Source: an uncultured Oligoflexus sp.
GTDB lineage: Bacteria > Bdellovibrionota_B > Oligoflexia > Oligoflexales > Oligoflexaceae
Direction: 5' to 3'
DNA: 64,000 nt
NCBI GenBank assembly: GCA_964236955.1
Contig: CAXSGP010000007.1
Coordinates: 1 to 64,000 of the forward strand
The translations under genes were made by a program, and so were the position numbers. The notes below the pieces were generated by a model that was given only the letters and a program-made list of their open reading frames with translations, did no database searches and had not been told where the DNA came from. How positions within the stretch are numbered: position 1 is the first letter of the stretch; each line of letters begins with the position of its first letter. Below are positions 58,801 to 64,000 of the stretch, one piece after another.

Positions 58801-61462
58801 TTTCATCGGGGTCGATGTCAGGCAATTCTCCGCGACTGATGAGCAATTCAAGTGGTCCACGCACCCAGTTTTTTTCGTCCGCATCCCAGAGATACTGCAC
58901 AGTTAAACGCGCCAAATCAATCTGGTTTTCACCCATTTCCCGCAGTTTTCCCAGGAGTTGAACGAGCCAGAGATGACGGCCGCTACTTTGCATCTCCTTG
59001 ACGAAAGTCAGGGCAGTGCGGATCAGCATCATCATTACTGCCGGCGAAATCGTATAGGATTTCATTTGGTTCATCAGCCCGATGATGGCTTCACCGTCAT
59101 GATTCTGTTCATAGACCGAAAGGCGTTCCTCGATGGGGCCAACATCATCGGGATCAGCGGCGAGTATCTGCAGGGCATAGGAGTCTTTATCCCGACCGTT
59201 AACGCCTTCGTCAAAGTAATAGAGCTCGCGCAGGAGAACCGCCCGTTCACTGCCCTGTGCCTGATTCAACTTTTTCTGAAGGAGCGCAAATCGCTCAGAA
59301 TTCTTGCCGACACGGGAATAGTAGGAATCAAGGAAATCAAAGCTTCGGGTGTTCATGAAATCACCAGTCAAGGCTTTTTCATAATACGCAAAGATGCGCT
59401 CGGGATCTTCGGATTTATCCTGATAAAGGTCGCCCAGGAGCTGATAGTAGACCCCCTGCTCTTTAGGCGCGAGGAGGACGATACGTTCTTCCATCGCCGT
59501 AACGATTTCCCTGAAGGGCAGCTTTAAGTCTTCGCGCTGAAACAGACTCAGGGTATAAGCGACACTCAGCAAAGTATTTTTGAGAACCACTGTGAAGATA
59601 TTGCCCGCCATGACATTGTCGTCGGCGGTGTCCCCCAGATCCAGAAGCACCTGGACAAAGCGGGTCGTGCGATCGAGGTCTCCCAATGTTTGCGAAAGGA
59701 ACAGAGCGCGCGTCGTAACATCGATCAGCAAGATCGGATCATCAAGCTTTTGGACGAGACGGAAGATTTCATCAAATATCAGGACCTCGTCGATGACCAA
59801 ATCGAGGGCCCGCGTGATGCGTTCCGATGCCAGATCCAATCGCTGCATATTTTCCAGCCAGATGGCCGCGATTTTTATTTCCAGCAGCAGCCTTTGATCG
59901 TTTGGCGTCTCTTCCGTCAATTCCGACGTTTCAACGAGGACATGCGCGGCATCGTGGGGTCTCTGCAGCTGTAAGAGCAGATCAGCCGCAAGGAGCGCGT
60001 AGCGAACCTGGCCCTTGTTCGTGTGCCAGCTCTTCAAAGCCCATTGCGAGGCATCCGTGGGATCGATTTTTTGCTTAATTTCTGCAAGGCGATAGTAGAT
60101 TGCCGCCCGTGTTCGTTGCGGTACCTCACAGGAAAGCAGCCTATCCATATAGGCCTCCTCGGCAGTGGGGTCTTCGATATCGCGCATGAGACGGATGAGT
60201 TTGACAAGAATACGGGGAATTTCCCCCCGAGAATGCAGGACACGTTCATAGCAGCTGACGGCACGCTGATCGTCTTTTTGATTCCAGGCGTCACCCAGCA
60301 TCTCAGGAAGAGTCAGGCCCGTGATATCGAGACTATCGAATTCGACGATGGCTTGACCCAGGCTGCTGCCGAGTTTGGAGAGGTTTTCCAGAAGCACATC
60401 AGCATTAACGGTTTCAAGTCCGTGGCGAACCCATAAGGAAAGGGTCATAAGGTTCGTGGGATCAAACTTGACCATGAGATCCAGGTATTTTTGTTCAAAT
60501 TCTATGCCGGCCCAAAGGCTTAGGAAGGCCCAGCGTCGAATCAGGTAGAGGGAGTGAGGGTTTTTATCGATAAACTCTTTGCATTGCTTCAGAGCGGCAG
60601 CGAAATCCTCGAGCAGAATGAGTTCATCCAGTTTCTGGAAGCGGCGCGCCACCTCTTTTTGTTCCAGGATCTCCATAGGAGGTACCAGGAGTTCGGGCAT
60701 ATCTTCGCCATGACTCCACTTCAACCGCCAGTTTCTTCCTTCAAAACTTAATTTGGTCTGACCGAAACCGTTGTCATGAAAATCCCTGACGCCGACCAGG
60801 TTGTGAACAAAGTCAGGGAACTGACAAAAATCGATAAGACATGTGCGCAAGTCCTCGCTCTTGAGTGTGAGGAGATAGGCGTTGAAACTTGTTTTATTGG
60901 AAAGAGCCGATCCAAAGAGCGATTGATTTACGATCTTAGGCAATTCGATAAACAGCCCGCCCGGCGTATGACCGATGAAACAGTGCTTGGTCATAAACAA
61001 AGAAATTTGACCTACCGCTTGAATTACCGAAATATGCATAGCGACCAGACCGTGCGGGAGTTCATGGGAAATGGCGTCCTCGCTCTCAATCAAACGGCTT
61101 TGGTCCGCATCTTTTTCTCTTTCAAGAAATTCGATGAGGAGCCAGAAACCGCTCTTGCGGTCCTCCTGAAGAGCGACCTTTCGGAAGGCTGGGAACCTAT
61201 CCCTTAGGATATCCTCAAAATTCTGCAGGAAATGCTCGGCATTCAAGCTGGCTGCAAAACTTTGCTGATGAATCGTGTCGCCTTTGGACTCGAGTTCCCA
61301 ACTCAGTATTTGCCAAGGCAATTCCAGTCTTTTGGGGTTTTTGCCTGCTGTCGGCTCATACCGGAAGTGATCGGCATCCGTTTGGATAAATCCGCTCAGT
61401 TCGAGGTCGCTGTCAAAACTCTGGAGATTTCTAGCTGTCATGGGATCGACCCTTTTTCGCAA
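55805..61462 (-). CDS. Giant (about 1880 aa) TPR/alpha-solenoid protein
   Basis: Uninterrupted ORF; repeated TPR-like units (LGDAW..A..CYERVL; LGDLY..YEKAL); Pro/Ser-rich linker; globular C-terminus. Confidence 0.8.
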   Translation of the reverse strand: MRKRVDPMTARNLQSFDSDLELSGFIQTDADHFRYEPTAGKNPKRLELPWQILSWELESKGDTIHQQSFAASLNAEHFLQNFEDILRDRFPAFRKVALQEDRKSGFWLLIEFLEREKDADQSRLIESEDAISHELPHGLVAMHISVIQAVGQISLFMTKHCFIGHTPGGLFIELPKIVNQSLFGSALSNKTSFNAYLLTLKSEDLRTCLIDFCQFPDFVHNLVGVRDFHDNGFGQTKLSFEGRNWRLKWSHGEDMPELLVPPMEILEQKEVARRFQKLDELILLEDFAAALKQCKEFIDKNPHSLYLIRRWAFLSLWAGIEFEQKYLDLMVKFDPTNLMTLSLWVRHGLETVNADVLLENLSKLGSSLGQAIVEFDSLDITGLTLPEMLGDAWNQKDDQRAVSCYERVLHSRGEIPRILVKLIRLMRDIEDPTAEEAYMDRLLSCEVPQRTRAAIYYRLAEIKQKIDPTDASQWALKSWHTNKGQVRYALLAADLLLQLQRPHDAAHVLVETSELTEETPNDQRLLLEIKIAAIWLENMQRLDLASERITRALDLVIDEVLIFDEIFRLVQKLDDPILLIDVTTRALFLSQTLGDLDRTTRFVQVLLDLGDTADDNVMAGNIFTVVLKNTLLSVAYTLSLFQREDLKLPFREIVTAMEERIVLLAPKEQGVYYQLLGDLYQDKSEDPERIFAYYEKALTGDFMNTRSFDFLDSYYSRVGKNSERFALLQKKLNQAQGSERAVLLRELYYFDEGVNGRDKDSYALQILAADPDDVGPIEERLSVYEQNHDGEAIIGLMNQMKSYTISPAVMMMLIRTALTFVKEMQSSGRHLWLVQLLGKLREMGENQIDLARLTVQYLWDADEKNWVRGPLELLISRGELPDIDPDEMLALIEDESLKVDLLLQLADRGSDAEEILAYERHALRLTKDVPMMMSIKLEIQHRLVTKSEFATGDLDGFLKQIRSMGNETEALHYLLAQLRLSTSDSHKNFVMDQVQASLQGFNISAEDGEQFVSLLTDLPVADTARIRLTWLERYGVTDRIHDHFFLEYVLSDPSLWSHRTIILHLMEYHLGQNGPKAREAKATINSFMCRLVLEKRDETFRFFVDQDLILKVLDSRTTKAAMDYSLHNKDGSLFQSFWWMTMIRLVDRSEIVEFLNYSRRSFDALAMGKNFFARIEDLAEHDGSAVDPNVLYEIRLFYADYLIESNSGSRKARKILESLHAEFPQESRIWGILIALYREIQAEFALHELLQRVLPYLKDDPRPLKEYQLSVSGLEQEFLELSARQSSLRDGPVEVVTMRYFGNQGIDSEAAAVLSDDLSEVDHTILSTGRDQFEKMGFTVAENDLDRTVFQLDVENLGNAAYARSSAQRAEQASFDFNEPGLNIEHTQTGLALLKLEPPPVLRDKSDLSSSPFSFGDDSQQFDLEEKNRLPNQLPMHTQLAELPGVDMPMRADSKRAGINPGIRAPEPLSFFENTNVYSPTHDMSLPPPPPAPSFAPLSSDLAAEETSAKEFKSRYDNDSRSSASAAVDISSFEPQNPAEAIAPRDDASAAWRRVARSLVPDTGLLESILSYPLKDMAENIIAVQVAALIDNNVASLDSFPQRVWRDPQSIRYEFKWIDRMDREMFHPGIKSPLARVLKALYPLFIQAFVHEMGISGVADRLKMRPDEIQKVRKAIPLTDELIQRTSLRYYTAALKDNGYHLYHLPSIGDRFQFDFEKRDIYIDRNHYMAAPSSRIFHRLTFLLRAVSLDYYPFLHLSTGGEIFPFLMKCKRSLDQNDSVKRVLGMDKDPLRAILAQAKDRDYLTQLFNELGNVSADRISQTISHFIEQIYRLNLAETLDLIGIIETISGVDLVNPRTNSFQRISQSASAKSILAFAADLKLNNK

Positions 61463-61497
61463 AGAATCCGCAATTCGGAGCGCTGATCGAGATATTA

Positions 61498-62901
61498 ATG
61501 AATCTGGCCTTCATTCCTGAAGATGCTTGTCGGTACAATGGGAAGGAAGTTTACGACTCTATTGTAAAACCGCACCCGAGCGGCTCTGGCGAGGCGATGA
61601 TGGATATCCTGACGAGCTATTCCCGCAAATCGAAAATACTTAATCAAGAGAATCTTCAGCCAATCGTAAAAAAATTGCAAAACTCCATTTATTCCATGCT
61701 TTTGAGAAAAACCGACCCGCGCAGTGTCGGTCCAGCCCTGGCCCGTAGCGCCTGCTTCGACCTGAGTTATCTCCTGATCCGCCATCGCCAGTGGCATCAC
61801 GCCTCGCTACTGCCAGAACTCGCTATAGATTTTTTAAATAGCGAATATTCTATCCCGGGCGCTCTCAGCACCCAGATCGTGGAAGAGGCGCTTGATGTGC
61901 TGCATAGCTTTACGCCCACTGAACCCGAATGGTCGGCAGAAGACTATAGTCATGAGTTTTTGGAGCACATGATCATCTGTTCGCTCATGTCACTCGATGA
62001 AGAGAGCTTGGAAATTGATCTGGGTCTAGGCCGAAATGCCCTCAATCTCTTTAAAAACGCTTTGGCTCTCGACGCCGGGACCGATGTCTTTCAGTTTGCA
62101 CCCGAACTCACGCAAGACCTCAATGCCATCATGCAGCGTATATTGAGCGAACTTGCCGAGTCCCCGGCCAACATGGATATTTACCGCTTAAAAAACGTTC
62201 TTCAGAGGGATGGTTCCACTGACAAAAATAAACTGAAAAAAAATTATCTTAAGCAACTGAGTGGAATTCTGACGTCGTGCTGGCCGGAAGGAAGGACGGC
62301 CAGGCAGCTGGAACAGGAACGTCCGTCCGACCACTTTCAAGCTGACCTGAGATTGCTTCTTCGCAATGGGCTTATCTATGAGGAGCCGAAAAGCGGACGT
62401 GCCCGTTATCCTATATTTCGGCTTAGTAATAAAGGCTACGAGCTCACTTGCATTCAGTTCGCCTTTGCTCGTTGGCAGGACCTTGGAACGGCGATTCATC
62501 TCTCTGAGCTCCCGTCACCTTACCAGGCCACTGTCCTTCAAATCCTGGCCAAAGAGTCGACCCAAAAATTGCAAATCTTAATCGAAAACGAGGGCCAATA
62601 TCTGAGCCCGCTGGCCCTTCGTTTTGTAATCGACCAATTAAAAACCACCGAAGGCGAAAAAGGCATACTAGATATCTTCAATAATCTTTTGCATAATCAA
62701 GCCCATGCTTGGATACGAGTCGAAATCTGCCAGGCATTGCCCTTGCCCAGCGGTCTGTCGATAGCGGGCACAATGCTGGATTATTTATTGAATGACGATC
62801 CTTCTCCCATGGTCCGAAGTGCTGCTCGCGCTGCATGGAATAGGCAGCGAAGTATGGCCAGCCTAACCCAGGTCGACGATGCTGTAGCGGAGAGATCTTA
62901 A
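61498..62901 (+). CDS. Hypothetical protein with winged-helix-like segment and C-terminal HEAT repeats
   Basis: LRLLLRNGLIYEE..IFRLSNKG (wHTH wing); AWIRVEICQAL and LLNDDPSPMVRSAARAA (HEAT-like). Confidence 0.7.
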   Translation: MNLAFIPEDACRYNGKEVYDSIVKPHPSGSGEAMMDILTSYSRKSKILNQENLQPIVKKLQNSIYSMLLRKTDPRSVGPALARSACFDLSYLLIRHRQWHHASLLPELAIDFLNSEYSIPGALSTQIVEEALDVLHSFTPTEPEWSAEDYSHEFLEHMIICSLMSLDEESLEIDLGLGRNALNLFKNALALDAGTDVFQFAPELTQDLNAIMQRILSELAESPANMDIYRLKNVLQRDGSTDKNKLKKNYLKQLSGILTSCWPEGRTARQLEQERPSDHFQADLRLLLRNGLIYEEPKSGRARYPIFRLSNKGYELTCIQFAFARWQDLGTAIHLSELPSPYQATVLQILAKESTQKLQILIENEGQYLSPLALRFVIDQLKTTEGEKGILDIFNNLLHNQAHAWIRVEICQALPLPSGLSIAGTMLDYLLNDDPSPMVRSAARAAWNRQRSMASLTQVDDAVAERS

Positions 62902-62917
62902 TAACAAGGAGAAGGCG

Positions 62918-64000
62918 ATGGTAAAGGGTCTTAGCGAGCAGGAATTGAAAGAACGCGGACTGGATTGCCGCGATATCAAAATTCATCAGCGTCGCATTCA
63001 GGCTAGCCTGACGCAAAAGAAAAATACTTTTATAAAGATCCTCGATACCTGGCGACTCGACAATCATGGTATCCTGCCGCAGCTCTATCTTAGGGATTTT
63101 GAAGCCAAGGCAGCCTCGGGTTTCGTCGCCTTTGTTCCAGCCGCCGGTGCCGCGAGTCGCTATTTCCAGCCCTTGCAGCATCTTCGCCTCGCCCTTGCCG
63201 ATCACAATAATACCGAAATCAGAAAACAAATCGATGCGCTCAAGGCCCAAAAGGCCGAGAGCTGGCCGTTGCCCAAGGGGCTCACGAAACTTCTCGCATC
63301 TCCTAACGAAGTTTTCACCGATGATGAGGTTCAAGACTCTCTCTACGAAATCGATTCGCCTAAGGCCCTGCTGCCCACGCGAAAAAACGGCCCAAGTTTC
63401 CTTGAGCAAAAGCATGCTGAGCATTTTAAGATCAAGGGCCTTGACGCCGAGGTCTATGTCGCGCCCCTTGGGTATTCCCAAAGGTTTGCCGATCATCTTG
63501 GAAAGAGCGCGGCCTATAACGAAAGTATACTGTTCCTTGAGCAGGGTTCTGACCTTTGCACCCTGCGCTTCAATCGTGAGGGGCTGCCGTTTAGAGATGA
63601 AGATGGCCAAATTTCTTTGGTGCCGGCCGGTCATGGCATGCTCGTGAGATTGTTTCCCCTTATCAAGGAAAAATATCCGGCGGCTCATTCGCTTTTCATC
63701 CGTAATATCGACAACGTGATCGAAGAGGAAGCGGTCTGCCTGATCGATACTGAAATTTTCCTCGCCCAGCATCAACAGGTCCTGGAAGGACTCAATCTCA
63801 TTCGTGCCTCCCTTGCCAGCGATAGCTTCGAAGAGGCGGCCGGAGAGGCCGATCAGCTGCGTCAGCGTTTTCTCAGTCGGCGCAGCGATCATCCCGCCTG
63901 GCTGAAATCAACGCCCGTGGTCCTGCGGCAGCTTTGGGAACTCCTCTTTGAACTCTTTCACTGCCCCTTTATACTGGCCGAAGAGCTCAAGCTGGGGCTC
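62918..64000 (+). CDS. DUF4301-family protein, truncated by window end
   Basis: ATG after AAGGAG; manual translation MVKGLSEQ..FVPAAGAASRYF..PKALLP..LVPAGHGML..FIRNIDNV; absent from the ORF track, presumably because no stop occurs in the window. Confidence 0.82.
   Translation, partial: MVKGLSEQELKERGLDCRDIKIHQRRIQASLTQKKNTFIKILDTWRLDNHGILPQLYLRDFEAKAASGFVAFVPAAGAASRYFQPLQHLRLALADHNNTEIRKQIDALKAQKAESWPLPKGLTKLLASPNEVFTDDEVQDSLYEIDSPKALLPTRKNGPSFLEQKHAEHFKIKGLDAEVYVAPLGYSQRFADHLGKSAAYNESILFLEQGSDLCTLRFNREGLPFRDEDGQISLVPAGHGMLVRLFPLIKEKYPAAHSLFIRNIDNVIEEEAVCLIDTEIFLAQHQQVLEGLNLIRASLASDSFEEAAGEADQLRQRFLSRRSDHPAWLKSTPVVLRQLWELLFELFHCPFILAEELKLGL

Noticed and set aside
62678..63892. 404-aa minus-strand ORF
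   Set aside because: Antisense shadow of the plus-strand DUF4301-like gene, which has an SD and family motifs

Overview
Chromosomal, gene-dense bacterial window of moderate GC. The gene content (STAS/Zn-ribbon protein before cheA, giant TPR protein, secreted metalloprotease with P-domain, flagellin style) suggests Bdellovibrionota/Oligoflexia; this is an inference. It opens on a minus-strand tRNA-Cys(GCA). Housekeeping genes: mscL, pyrC, prmA, slyD, arfB, serA, greB, msrB-msrA fusion, folE, a pabB/trpE-like gene, hbd, crt, mutY, pepA and eno. Motility and chemotaxis genes: a flagellin, cheA and two cheW. There are also many uncharacterised exported proteins. I saw no transposase, integrase, reverse transcriptase, phage genes or CRISPR array. 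Best candidates for undescribed biology: (1) a module at 12.9-17.5 kb of two paralogous exported proteins with a conserved GHKKD/YGWH/YADYSHG signature, one divergently paired with a phosphodiester-glycosidase-like exported protein; (2) a small secreted protein with resistin/RELM-like architecture; (3) a CheA with two FliM/CheZ-like peptide repeats, in a cluster without cheY; (4) a structured RNA candidate between greB and a putatively sigma54-driven Rho-N-like protein. A plus-strand DUF4301-like gene missing from the ORF track runs off the right edge. All assignments are by motif recognition only; no searches were run.
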